Below are positions 18,892 to 27,675 of a stretch of 64,000 nt of DNA, one piece after another (position 1 is the stretch's first letter; every line of letters starts with the position of its first letter). A program made the position numbers and the translations under genes. The stretch is from Candidatus Methanosuratincola verstraetei. Its GTDB lineage: Archaea; Thermoproteota; Methanomethylicia; Methanomethylicales; Methanomethylicaceae. The notes below the pieces were generated by a model. It was given only the letters and a program-made list of their open reading frames with translations, did not search any database and had not been told where the DNA came from. The stretch is taken from positions 1,088,001 to 1,152,000 of the forward strand of contig CP186953.1 in NCBI GenBank assembly GCA_049570475.1, in the 5' to 3' direction.

Positions 18892-20145
18892 TCACAGGGA
18901 GATATGCCTGTAGGCTTCGTCTCCCTCTTCGAAGGCATACTTCACAGTCGTGAACTGCGAGATCAGCTTCCTGACATCCTCTCGGACTGAGGCTGGATTT
19001 TCCCTGTCGACTGCCACCCTCTTTACCAGCTTTGCAATCTCTGCCATATCGTCCTCCTTCATTCCGAGCCTCGTCACCTCTTGCGTGCCGAGCCTGACTC
19101 CGGAGCAGTCCTCCTCAGTCTTGTCTGTCGGGAGAGGCGTCTTCGTTGCGACAATGTTGGCCTCTTCCAGCCTCTTCGCAGTGGCATCCCCGTTGTTGTT
19201 GTTCCCTCTGAATATGACTTGGTGAGACCGGGTAAACCCGTTCTTCTCCCCCAGTACTGGGACACCCATGTTGTAGAGCTCCTCAGCCAGCCTCCTGGCG
19301 TTCCTGATCACTTGGGCTGCGTACTCCCTGCCGAATGCGAGGAACTCTGCCAGCGCGACCGAAAGGCCGGCGACGCGGTGCACATGGTGGTTGTTGACCA
19401 GCTGCCATGCGGCGTTGTCGATCTCCTTGGCATACCTCGCCTTGCAGAGGATGATCCCACCCTGCGGCCCAAAGAAGGTCTTGTGGGTGCTGCCTGTGAC
19501 GACCTCTGCCCCCTCCCTAAGCGGATCTTGGAATGCCTTCCCGGCTATTAGCCCAAGAACATGTGCGGAATCATATGCCACGATCGAGCCCGTCTCGTCG
19601 GCGATCCTTCTGATCTCCTTGACTGGGTGCGGGAAGAGGATTTCGCTCGCGCCGAGCAAGACGATTTTTGGCTTGACCCTCGCGATGACCTTCTCCGCTT
19701 CCCCTACGTCGATATTCATCTCATCCATCGAGAACGGGAGTGGCACAAGGCTCACCCCGTGTATCTTGGAGGTCTCCCTGAAGCTTGCGTGCCCCCCGTC
19801 TATCACGCTCAGTGCGGTGACAACCTCGCCTGGCTCCGTCAGGGAGTTGAACAGCACAAGGTTTGCCATTGTGCCAGAAATCGGCACATAGTTCACATGT
19901 TCTGCATCGAAGACCCGCCTTGCTAGATCGGTGGTGATCCCTTCGAGCTCGTCGATGTACTTCGTGCCGCAATAAAACCTGTTGTGCAGGAATCCTATTG
20001 CATACCTATTTCCGAGATCTGAGATGAGCATCTCCTTGACCGCCTTGCTTACCACATTCTCGCTGGCGATCAGGTTAAGGCATGAACCCCTCCATTGCGT
20101 ATGCTCAACGACTATCTTCCTGATGGCTTCAACTTCTCTGCTCAA
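18892..20145 (-). CDS. glyA: Serine hydroxymethyltransferase-family PLP enzyme (divergent)
   Basis: LNLIASEN, YDSAH, GSTHKTFFGPQGG (PLP Lys), GVRLGTQEVTRLG; TTG start after GGTGAG. Confidence 0.8.
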   Translation of the reverse strand: MSREVEAIRKIVVEHTQWRGSCLNLIASENVVSKAVKEMLISDLGNRYAIGFLHNRFYCGTKYIDELEGITTDLARRVFDAEHVNYVPISGTMANLVLFNSLTEPGEVVTALSVIDGGHASFRETSKIHGVSLVPLPFSMDEMNIDVGEAEKVIARVKPKIVLLGASEILFPHPVKEIRRIADETGSIVAYDSAHVLGLIAGKAFQDPLREGAEVVTGSTHKTFFGPQGGIILCKARYAKEIDNAAWQLVNNHHVHRVAGLSVALAEFLAFGREYAAQVIRNARRLAEELYNMGVPVLGEKNGFTRSHQVIFRGNNNNGDATAKRLEEANIVATKTPLPTDKTEEDCSGVRLGTQEVTRLGMKEDDMAEIAKLVKRVAVDRENPASVREDVRKLISQFTTVKYAFEEGDEAYRHISL

Positions 20146-20234
20146 TAGCCTCACCAGACTCTTGAGAATTGGGCACAGGTATTTAAAAAATGTTTGTACA
20201 TTTGTGATCGTTTTCAATCGGGCGCTTTAAAACC

Positions 20235-21494
20235 CTACAGCTTGAATACGTCGCCGATCGAAGGGGCATACGCGTCGTGCCCTGTCTCCTCCTTGATCCT
20301 CTCGGCGAAATCGATGCAGGACTCTGCCTCGCCATGTACGCAGAGTATCTTGGGGTTCCCTTTAAGCGACTTCACCAGCTCCATCAGCCCTGTCTTGCCG
20401 CAGTGGGATGAGAAATCGATCCATTCTACCCTGCACTTCACCTTCTTGAGATCGCCTGGCGGGCCGTACTTGCCCTCGTCCATTAGGATCCTGCCTGGCG
20501 TCCCCGGAATCTGGTATGAGACTAGAATCACCGCGTCCTTCGGCCTGTTCCTGATCTTCTCCATGTAGAAGGTCGAGGCCCCGCCCGTCAGCATCCCTGA
20601 TGAGCTTATCACCACTCCCTTCTTGTCGATCAGCTTTTTCCTGTCCCTCTCCCCCTGCACCCACTTGACCCTAGCCATCGCGTCATGCAGGAGCTCGGGA
20701 TCCCTCAGCTCTCCTGCGCACCCGGCTATCATCTTCGTAGCGGTCCTGCTCATCCCGTCAACAGCGATGTCGTACTTGAAACCGTACTTCTGCAGAATGC
20801 AGAGGATCTCTTGGGATCTGCCGACAGAGAATGCTGGAATCAGGGCCAAGCCGCCCCCTTCAACAACCTCCGTCGCAGTCTCAACCAGCTTCCTCTCGCA
20901 TTCTTCCCTCGGCAGGTGGTCGACGAGAGCGTATGTGCTCTCAATGATTGCCATGTCGAGCTCAGGCAAATCCGGATTTGCGCGCTTCAGCAGTGCGGTG
21001 TCGATCATATTTATGTCCCCTGAGTACCATATGTTCTTGCCTTCGAGCGTCACAAGCGCATTCACGCTGCCTGGTATGTGCCCTGAGTTCTGGAACAGGA
21101 CATCTGCATCCCCGATCCTGTAGGTTCCCCTCCTGATGCTCCTGCAGCTCTCGAGCATCGTCTTAAGCTCGAGGGCCTCGAACGGGATGTAGTAAGCAGA
21201 AAGATGCAGCAAATCCCTGATGAGGATGTCTGTGAGCTGCTTAGTGATCTCTGTCATGTAGACTGGGGGCGTCTCGGATATATAGAAGAGGGGGGCAGTG
21301 CCGGAGTGATCCAGGTGAGCGTGCGTTATTATTATCCCATCCAGATCCTTCGGTGATGTTGAGAGAGGAAAGGCGGGTCTTTCATCCTTCACAAGGACAC
21401 CATAATCCATTATGATTTTTGTCCTCTCGCCCTTGACTTCGAACCCAGATCTCCCGACTTCCCTTCCGGCCCCGAAAACAGTTACACTCACCAA
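20235..21494 (-). CDS. Metallo-beta-lactamase / beta-CASP ribonuclease (aCPSF-like)
   Basis: GAGREVGRS, THAHLDHSG, GHIPGS, IESTY, PAFSVGRSQE, FSSH, VHGE. Confidence 0.9.
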   Translation of the reverse strand: MVSVTVFGAGREVGRSGFEVKGERTKIIMDYGVLVKDERPAFPLSTSPKDLDGIIITHAHLDHSGTAPLFYISETPPVYMTEITKQLTDILIRDLLHLSAYYIPFEALELKTMLESCRSIRRGTYRIGDADVLFQNSGHIPGSVNALVTLEGKNIWYSGDINMIDTALLKRANPDLPELDMAIIESTYALVDHLPREECERKLVETATEVVEGGGLALIPAFSVGRSQEILCILQKYGFKYDIAVDGMSRTATKMIAGCAGELRDPELLHDAMARVKWVQGERDRKKLIDKKGVVISSSGMLTGGASTFYMEKIRNRPKDAVILVSYQIPGTPGRILMDEGKYGPPGDLKKVKCRVEWIDFSSHCGKTGLMELVKSLKGNPKILCVHGEAESCIDFAERIKEETGHDAYAPSIGDVFKL

Positions 21495-21640
21495 ATTTAA
21501 TTTAACCTCCGTGATATCTGTCAAAAGAAAGTTTTTCCCCCTTAAAAATTCTTCTGAATCCGGTGGAAAACCAGTCAATATAAGCCCCGCGAGGCACTCT
21601 TTATTAATGAGAATTGGTAATCGATATCGAGGTTGTGTAT

Positions 21641-22354
21641 ATGGCAATCACGTTCCATGTTGATAATTCGTCCCTGAAGGGCTGCTCGCTCATCACCGGT
21701 TTCCACGGGCTCGGTGCCACTGGCTTTATATCGGTCAAGCATGCGGTAACCTCCCTCAGCGCTGACCTGATAGGGTACATAGAGACCGACAGGATCCCGC
21801 CTTTCGTGTCGATGGAGGAGAAGCGCCTCTCCCTCCCGTTCGAGATCTACAAGAAGGATAAATTCGTCTTCGTCCTCACCAACGTCCCTCCGCACCCAAA
21901 GGAAAGGCAAAGCTTTTCAAAAGCGCTTGCGGAGTGGGCCATAGACGAGGGGTTCTCCAGCTCGTACCTTATCGGGGGTCTGGACAGCCGCCTCCGACCA
22001 ACCGAGAATGACAAGATCCGATGCACCGTGACCAAGAAATTCAAAGACGTTGAGGGCCTTGGCATACCCCTGCTCGAGAAAGGGCTGTTTGTCGTTGGCC
22101 CATTGGCCGTCATGCTGACATACTTCGAGATAAACGAGTTCCCTGCCATAGCTTTACTTCCTTACGCTAATCCGACGAGGCCGGATCCAATGGCCGCCTC
22201 AATAGCCGTCGAGAACCTGAACAAGTTGACAAACCTTACAATGGACGTATCTCAGCTTATCACCGATGCGCAGCGGATTGAAATGGAGATACAGGAGTTC
22301 AACAAGCAGAGGCAAGACAGGGGCAAGATTGACCAGCATACGCTGTACCTCTGA
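21641..22354 (+). CDS. PAC2 family proteasome-assembly-chaperone-like protein
   Basis: ITGFHGLGATG, IGGL, PDP.AA, C-terminal tail ending LYL. Confidence 0.85.
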   Translation: MAITFHVDNSSLKGCSLITGFHGLGATGFISVKHAVTSLSADLIGYIETDRIPPFVSMEEKRLSLPFEIYKKDKFVFVLTNVPPHPKERQSFSKALAEWAIDEGFSSSYLIGGLDSRLRPTENDKIRCTVTKKFKDVEGLGIPLLEKGLFVVGPLAVMLTYFEINEFPAIALLPYANPTRPDPMAASIAVENLNKLTNLTMDVSQLITDAQRIEMEIQEFNKQRQDRGKIDQHTLYL

Positions 22355-22380
22355 TCTGAGGTGCAGTCCCAAAGCCTGAC

Positions 22381-22980
22381 CTATGCCCTCTCGCCAAGTC
22401 TGATGATCGACTTCGCCCCCCTCCTCAGCGCAGCCAGAAGCGAGTCCAAATCCTTCTCGCATTCGATGACGTTGACCACCGCCCCGACCTGCCCTTTATC
22501 ATGCGCGTCGCTCCCGCCTACCACTGGCGCGCCTATGGCCTTTGCGAACTCCTTGGCCTGCTGATTCTCGTCCCTGCTGCACTTACCATTAACGCCCTCT
22601 ATCAGGTCCACTCCGAGCATTGCGCTCTTCTCTCCGAGAGAAGCCCTCTTCCAGTCAAAAGGATGGGGTGCGACTATTATGCCGCCGGAAGCCCTTGCCC
22701 TGTCTACGACTTCGAATGCGTCCCTTGACACAATGGCCTCTGTTACACCAAGGACTATTATATCCCCGAGATCGGTGGTTATCTCGATCCCTGGCACCAC
22801 TATGATATCCGCGAAGCCTTTTGTATCCATCACCCGCCTGTACCCATCCATTGTGTCGTGGTCTGTAATGGCGACTGCATTTATGCCCTTGGTCTTTAAC
22901 CTCTCCAGCAGCTGACCCGGAGTCAATGTGCTGTCTGGAGAGCTATTGGTATGCACGTGCGCATCAAGGAGAATCCTCAT
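22381..22980 (-). CDS. PHP-domain metal-dependent phosphoesterase
   Basis: DAHVHT..SPD, AITDHD, PG.EI, HPF, GGSDAH. Confidence 0.9.
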   Translation of the reverse strand: MRILLDAHVHTNSSPDSTLTPGQLLERLKTKGINAVAITDHDTMDGYRRVMDTKGFADIIVVPGIEITTDLGDIIVLGVTEAIVSRDAFEVVDRARASGGIIVAPHPFDWKRASLGEKSAMLGVDLIEGVNGKCSRDENQQAKEFAKAIGAPVVGGSDAHDKGQVGAVVNVIECEKDLDSLLAALRRGAKSIIRLGERA

Positions 22981-24490
22981 CAAGCTGCCCTCTAATCTCA
23001 TCGATAGACCTTAGGGTTTTCGCCCCCTCGATCACCATGGTTGACCTTGGATCAATTATGAAAACTTTTCTGTAGGCGTTAGCTGAGATGAACTTCTTGA
23101 GTTCCTTCGCGACGTTCATCCCAATCCCCTCTGAGCATTCATACTGGGAGAGGGGGAATGTCTCGGAAAGCTCTGAGGGGACCACGCCGAAAGGCTCCCC
23201 ATAAAAGCATATGTGGAACTCTTGCCCGGAGAGGATTTCTGCCGCATACTTGTACTCCTTCGATTTGATGTAAGGCCTCTCTGGCGGGTTCGGGATGAAC
23301 ACCCCTATTTCCTTGCCTGGAGGCCTGCTGTAGTTCTCGATCACCCTCTTGCGGTGCCTCATCACCTCTGGTCGAGCTAGGGAGTGCTTGTCGTAGATGA
23401 ATATGCCCTTGACCTCCTTCCCTATTACAGGGTCATTCTCTTCCAGGTATTTGGCGTATTTGCCCAGCCTCTTGTATGCCTCGTACAGCTTTGGGTGAGC
23501 CCTGCTCCTCGCCTCCACGAGTTCCCATAAGCCGCCCTCTTTCAGTGCCTGCCTTATCGCCCTCATCTCAGAGGCGGTTACGTAGAGGTTGTGCCTTGCG
23601 AGGTTTTCTTCGCGCTCTTTCTTTGGCATCTCCAAGAGATCCTTCTGGCTGTACCTTGAGCATACAGGGCAGTTGCAGGGCAGCTCAGTCAGCCGGTCAA
23701 GCCTGAAGGTGCCACGGACCGTCAAGTAGCGGTCATCCTTGGCGAAGAGCGCATATGCAGCCGAGTCAAAGAGGTCGCAGCCGAGGGCTACTGCCAGCGC
23801 AAGCATCATCGGGTGACCTGCCCCGAAGAGGTGAAGCGGTCTGTCCGGAGGGAGGCTGAGCTTGGCTGCAACAATCATGTCTACTAATGTGGAATAGTCA
23901 TACCCTTCCATTATCTGCACGGGGCTCCCCAGCGGGTGGGTCTGGAAGTCCAGCCTGCCCATTGTCCTTGCGCTCCTCCTAATCAGGTCGAGGTACCTTC
24001 CACCCTGGATCGGGCCTGCCCAGAGCATTGTCGGGTCCTCCCGCCATTCCAGGCTGAGCCTCGCCCTCCTGATGGTCTCTTCAACAGTCTTCTCCGCATC
24101 CGTCCTGCTTGCGAATCCGCCGGTTGGCGTGTCAAGTATCACGCCTATATCGCTGCCAATCCTCTCCTGGAACTTGACGATTTCATGAGGATCCGTCTCG
24201 ACCCCGCCGTAGATGAGCAGCTGGTACGCGCCCGAGTCTGTCATTATTGCCCCATCATAACCAACAAGCTGGTGGACGTCGGGTGCCTCGTGACCGAAGT
24301 GTTTCAATATGAGATACGAGTTCGTGATTATCATCTTAAACCCGAAATTGTCCTTGAGCTCACGGGCAGGGATGAGGTTCTTTACAGGGTTGATGACAGG
24401 CATAAGGCAAGGCGTTTCAACTTCGCCTCTCCTGGTCAGGAGCACCCCTGCCCTCCCTGCCAGATCCCTCTCCGTAATCTCAAAGGACAT
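22964..24490 (-). CDS. tgtA: Archaeosine tRNA-guanine(15) transglycosylase
   Basis: ETP..MPV, MTDSGAYQ, ILDTP, PIQGG, HLFGAGHP, DLFDSAAY, CNCPVC, HNL. Confidence 0.93.
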   Translation of the reverse strand: MSFEITERDLAGRAGVLLTRRGEVETPCLMPVINPVKNLIPARELKDNFGFKMIITNSYLILKHFGHEAPDVHQLVGYDGAIMTDSGAYQLLIYGGVETDPHEIVKFQERIGSDIGVILDTPTGGFASRTDAEKTVEETIRRARLSLEWREDPTMLWAGPIQGGRYLDLIRRSARTMGRLDFQTHPLGSPVQIMEGYDYSTLVDMIVAAKLSLPPDRPLHLFGAGHPMMLALAVALGCDLFDSAAYALFAKDDRYLTVRGTFRLDRLTELPCNCPVCSRYSQKDLLEMPKKEREENLARHNLYVTASEMRAIRQALKEGGLWELVEARSRAHPKLYEAYKRLGKYAKYLEENDPVIGKEVKGIFIYDKHSLARPEVMRHRKRVIENYSRPPGKEIGVFIPNPPERPYIKSKEYKYAAEILSGQEFHICFYGEPFGVVPSELSETFPLSQYECSEGIGMNVAKELKKFISANAYRKVFIIDPRSTMVIEGAKTLRSIDEIRGQLDEDSP

Positions 24491-24520
24491 CAGAATTCCT
24501 TCCAAAGAAAAAATTGGGTT

Positions 24521-24946
24521 TTAGGCGCTTTTCTGCTCGAGTACGTGCTGCTCATAAACTTTTTTGACCCTCTCAACCATCGGGCCTGTCCCCTCGACTC
24601 CTTCCGCAGTCACCCTGATCCTGTCCATCACTGTTATGAAACCTGCATCTTCGTAGTATTTCACCATGTTCGGGAAGAGCTTCTGTAGCCTGTCCGATAG
24701 GCCTTTCATGTCAAAAGGCTTCTCCTTCAGAAGGATCTCCGAGATCGCCTCCCCCCTTATTATCGCGCGGGCAAACCTCTCCTTGTTGACTGTGGCATCC
24801 TCGAGGCAGATGCTAAGGCTAGAACCGTCAAAGCCCAAGAGTTTGCCCTCATAGGCGACTCCCCTTGTAGTGATGACCTTGACAGTCTTGTCGACGAAAC
24901 CATTTAGCTCGCTGATGAATTTGCGCCCACCTACTGTAACACTCAT
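24521..24946 (-). CDS. Sm-like (Lsm) protein with C-terminal domain, SmAP3 type
   Basis: Sm1/Sm2 motifs (YEGKLLGFD, IIRGE.I) plus an extra C-terminal domain. Confidence 0.85.
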   Translation of the reverse strand: MSVTVGGRKFISELNGFVDKTVKVITTRGVAYEGKLLGFDGSSLSICLEDATVNKERFARAIIRGEAISEILLKEKPFDMKGLSDRLQKLFPNMVKYYEDAGFITVMDRIRVTAEGVEGTGPMVERVKKVYEQHVLEQKSA

Positions 24947-25262
24947 TTTCGCTCACCTACCCACCCTTAAATATTTTATAAATTATAAATATAGTGCAAA
25001 GCAACGCCTTGGGAAGCCAGGGGATCCAAGGGGTTATCAAAGTGGGCGCCAATCCTGCTGGCTAGGCAGGACCTGCCGCCCCTTCAGTTTCGCCCCTCCC
25101 TCTCTTTCTCCTAGTGCCGGCTCTCCTCGTTTTGAGACGGTTGCTTCGTCCAAATGCACATGTGCGCCCCCGGATAGGAAGCCTGTTGCTGGTAAATCTT
25201 AAAGCCCCTGGGATTGCTAGCCGTGCAGTTCAGCCATGAAGAATACATTTTTGGTGGTGGAA

Positions 25263-26198
25263 ATGAGCTGCGATGAATGCAAAGGCGTTTTGATCCCAGA
25301 CGGCAGCGGAAACCTTGTTTGCGTAGAGTGCGGCCTTGTCCATAGTAACTGCGACTTTTACAATCCGCCGGTTGGGAAGAAGCAGCGGTTGGGGAGCCTC
25401 ATAACCAAGGGGCCTGCGTTCTTCACCGACTCATCAGAAAGGAAGCTCTCCCCAGAAACTCAGGCGAAGTATATTCGGCTCAAGCGGCTTCAGGAGTCTG
25501 CATACAACGGATCATGCCTCAATATGCTCCAGCTCCGCCGAGATTTGGAGTTGATAGCGGTGGAACTCTGCATGCCCAGGGAGGTTGTTGAGACGGCAAT
25601 GAACTTCTTCGATCAGCTCCTCTCCAAACTCAGGAACCCTTACGGGAACTACGGCATGCTGATGGCGGTGTGCCTGGCCTCGGTCTCTAGGGAATTTGGC
25701 GATCGCGCACCGGTGCGGCTTCCCGAGCTGGTCAATGCCTTCAAGCGGAGGGGGTACAAGCTATCCGTTAGGGTGGTCGCAAAGAACCTTAATTTCCACT
25801 CTTTCTTCATCCCATTCAACAAGAAATTCCATCAGTCAGAGGATTATCTCGGCAGGGTTGTCGAAAAGTTGCGCACATCTCCTTTCATCCAAGTCAGGAT
25901 CCGCCTCATCGGCTTTGAACCCGACGACTACTTCCAGAGGCTCTTGTCGCTTTCTAAAGTTCTTCTTGCAGGCCTCCCCCCGCCCCGCAGATCAGGCAAG
26001 AACCCATACCTCCTTGCGGCTTCGGCAGTTTTCCTAGCTAATAAGATCCTTGCAGAGTCAAGATCGGCCGAAAGCATACTGACCAAGTCGCAGTTCTCCA
26101 AGGATGTGGGGATAGCCGAGTACACGCTGCGGAGCCATCTTTCAACGGTCTTCACTAACGGCGCCTCCCAGTCCAAAATGCTCGCTGCCCAGATCTAG
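25263..26198 (+). CDS. Divergent TFIIB/TFB-family transcription factor
   Basis: Zn ribbon CDEC...VCVECG, two cyclin-like repeats, SGKNP..LAASAVF, C-terminal HTH-like VGIAEYTLR. Confidence 0.75.
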   Translation: MSCDECKGVLIPDGSGNLVCVECGLVHSNCDFYNPPVGKKQRLGSLITKGPAFFTDSSERKLSPETQAKYIRLKRLQESAYNGSCLNMLQLRRDLELIAVELCMPREVVETAMNFFDQLLSKLRNPYGNYGMLMAVCLASVSREFGDRAPVRLPELVNAFKRRGYKLSVRVVAKNLNFHSFFIPFNKKFHQSEDYLGRVVEKLRTSPFIQVRIRLIGFEPDDYFQRLLSLSKVLLAGLPPPRRSGKNPYLLAASAVFLANKILAESRSAESILTKSQFSKDVGIAEYTLRSHLSTVFTNGASQSKMLAAQI

Positions 26199-26233
26199 CT
26201 TCCGCCCTACTATCCTCTTTTTCTACTTGCGTT

Positions 26234-26722
26234 TCAGATTGCTATCTTGATCCTGTGGTTAGCCCTGAAGAGAATCTCCTCGTTCCAGAACTCGACATAC
26301 AACTCCCCAGTCACCAGCCACTTCTCATCCCCCGTTTTGCCAGCAAAGCGCATCTGGCAGCTATCCACGGCCTGCCCGGAGTATTCCTCGACCAAGACAG
26401 ATTCGATGTTAACCGATAGGCTGTACGCGCCACCGCTCTTGGCATTGCTATTGATTTGCGAGCACCACCGATCCAGCAGTTGGGTGATCCCTTGGCTAGC
26501 CTCCTCGAGCGAAGCGAAATTTTCGTGTGCTTTGAGGTAGCTGCAGAGGTCGAAGAGCAGGTTGTATGACGTGAACTCGAATCCTTTCAGGAGATCTGTT
26601 GCCTCCGCCTCCCTCTTTAGCTCCCTGCGCTGGGCATTTACTGTTAACGCGGCGACCAGGACGAGGAGCAGTATAATTAACTCGCTGGCGGTCAGGATTA
26701 CCCCTTTCTTGTTGCGTAGAAT
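26234..26722 (-). CDS. Pilin-like protein missed by the ORF track (no ATG/GTG/TTG start near its 5' end)
   Basis: Open frame of 163 codons reading ILRNKKG|VILTASELIILLLVLVAAL...RIKIAI*; start proposed at ATT 26722 or CTG 26695. Confidence 0.6.
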   Translation of the reverse strand: MLRNKKGVILTASELIILLLVLVAALTVNAQRRELKREAEATDLLKGFEFTSYNLLFDLCSYLKAHENFASLEEASQGITQLLDRWCSQINSNAKSGGAYSLSVNIESVLVEEYSGQAVDSCQMRFAGKTGDEKWLVTGELYVEFWNEEILFRANHRIKIAI

Positions 26723-27024
26723 AGCGTGATCCCCCCATCCCTGCTGGAAAGTAGCGCCACATAAGGCCCATTTTCGGGCTCATCCAGGCTCAACCTGATG
26801 CCTCCAATATCCAGGCTGCCTTGCTCAGCGCACAAATCAAGAAGATGAGTCATGTTCCCGGAGGCAATCAGATGGTAAATTTCTTGCCTCAGGCTCTCCT
26901 TCTCCGCGATCTCATCAAGATCAGCCCCAAAACCTGCTTGGGCTAGTGATGCCGCTGAGAGCACTAGAATGGCTGCCAGAAGCGCCCCCAGCGCATCGAT
27001 CAGGGGGACCTGCCCCTTATCCAC
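26698..27024 (-). CDS. Pilin-like protein with class III signal peptide
   Basis: GTG start after GGAGGT; MDKG|QVPLIDALGALLAAILVL. Confidence 0.7.
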   Translation of the reverse strand: MDKGQVPLIDALGALLAAILVLSAASLAQAGFGADLDEIAEKESLRQEIYHLIASGNMTHLLDLCAEQGSLDIGGIRLSLDEPENGPYVALLSSRDGGITLFYATRKG

Positions 27025-27226
27025 CGCAGAGGACCTCCGGGTAGACGTTGCCCGAGGCGTTGTCGATCGCATATGCGCAAGGAGCCATCCCCAGCGTCAT
27101 ATTGAACCCCTCAAGATCTTCTATCTGGCTATCAATGACCTCCAGCACCGTCGCATTTATTGCCACAATGGCAAGTATCACTGGGACCATTAGGAGGAAT
27201 TCCAGCATCTCGTCATCCATCTTCAA
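27017..27226 (-). CDS. Small pilin-like membrane protein
   Basis: MLEFLLMVPVILAIVAI; overlaps its neighbours. Confidence 0.55.
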   Translation of the reverse strand: MKMDDEMLEFLLMVPVILAIVAINATVLEVIDSQIEDLEGFNMTLGMAPCAYAIDNASGNVYPEVLCGG

Positions 27227-27440
27227 CTAACCCCATTATTCCATTGAAATTGACTTCGAACCTGCCTGTGCTATTCATACTCTCCACTGCTGCCAAGAAA
27301 ATCCCCTCGTGCCCGCCTTCCAAGGACTGGATAATCTCGAAGAAGAGCCCTAGGCTGCCCTCGCCGATCGCGGTGGCGATCAGGATCCAGAACAGCAATA
27401 AAGTGCCAAAGACCACTATCCGAGAGGGCACTCTTCTCAC
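27213..27440 (-). CDS. Small membrane protein
   Basis: Hydrophobic N-terminus; first gene of the leftward operon; AT-rich TTATAAAA nearby. Confidence 0.45.
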   Translation of the reverse strand: MRRVPSRIVVFGTLLLFWILIATAIGEGSLGLFFEIIQSLEGGHEGIFLAAVESMNSTGRFEVNFNGIMGLVEDG

Positions 27441-27528
27441 GCCATTAGACCCCTTATAAAAGCCCACGGGAGGACTCCCCAATGACGGTTTGCCATATAA
27501 GTTCTGGCATATTTTGGAGGCTGATCTG

Positions 27529-27675
27529 ATGGTAAACTGTCAGGAGGCCGATCGGTTCCAAACGAGTAGGAGTGGCGATGCCATCTCCATGCTTGAAGAG
27601 CGGATCGCGATCCTTGAGTACTCTATATGCCTGGTGTCTAAGAAGGTAGAAGAGATTGAGAGAAGGTTCCCTTAG
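27529..27675 (+). CDS. Small coiled-coil hypothetical protein
   Basis: GGAGG upstream of the ATG; LEERIAILE heptad pattern; overlaps the ATPase start. Confidence 0.35.
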   Translation: MVNCQEADRFQTSRSGDAISMLEERIAILEYSICLVSKKVEEIERRFP

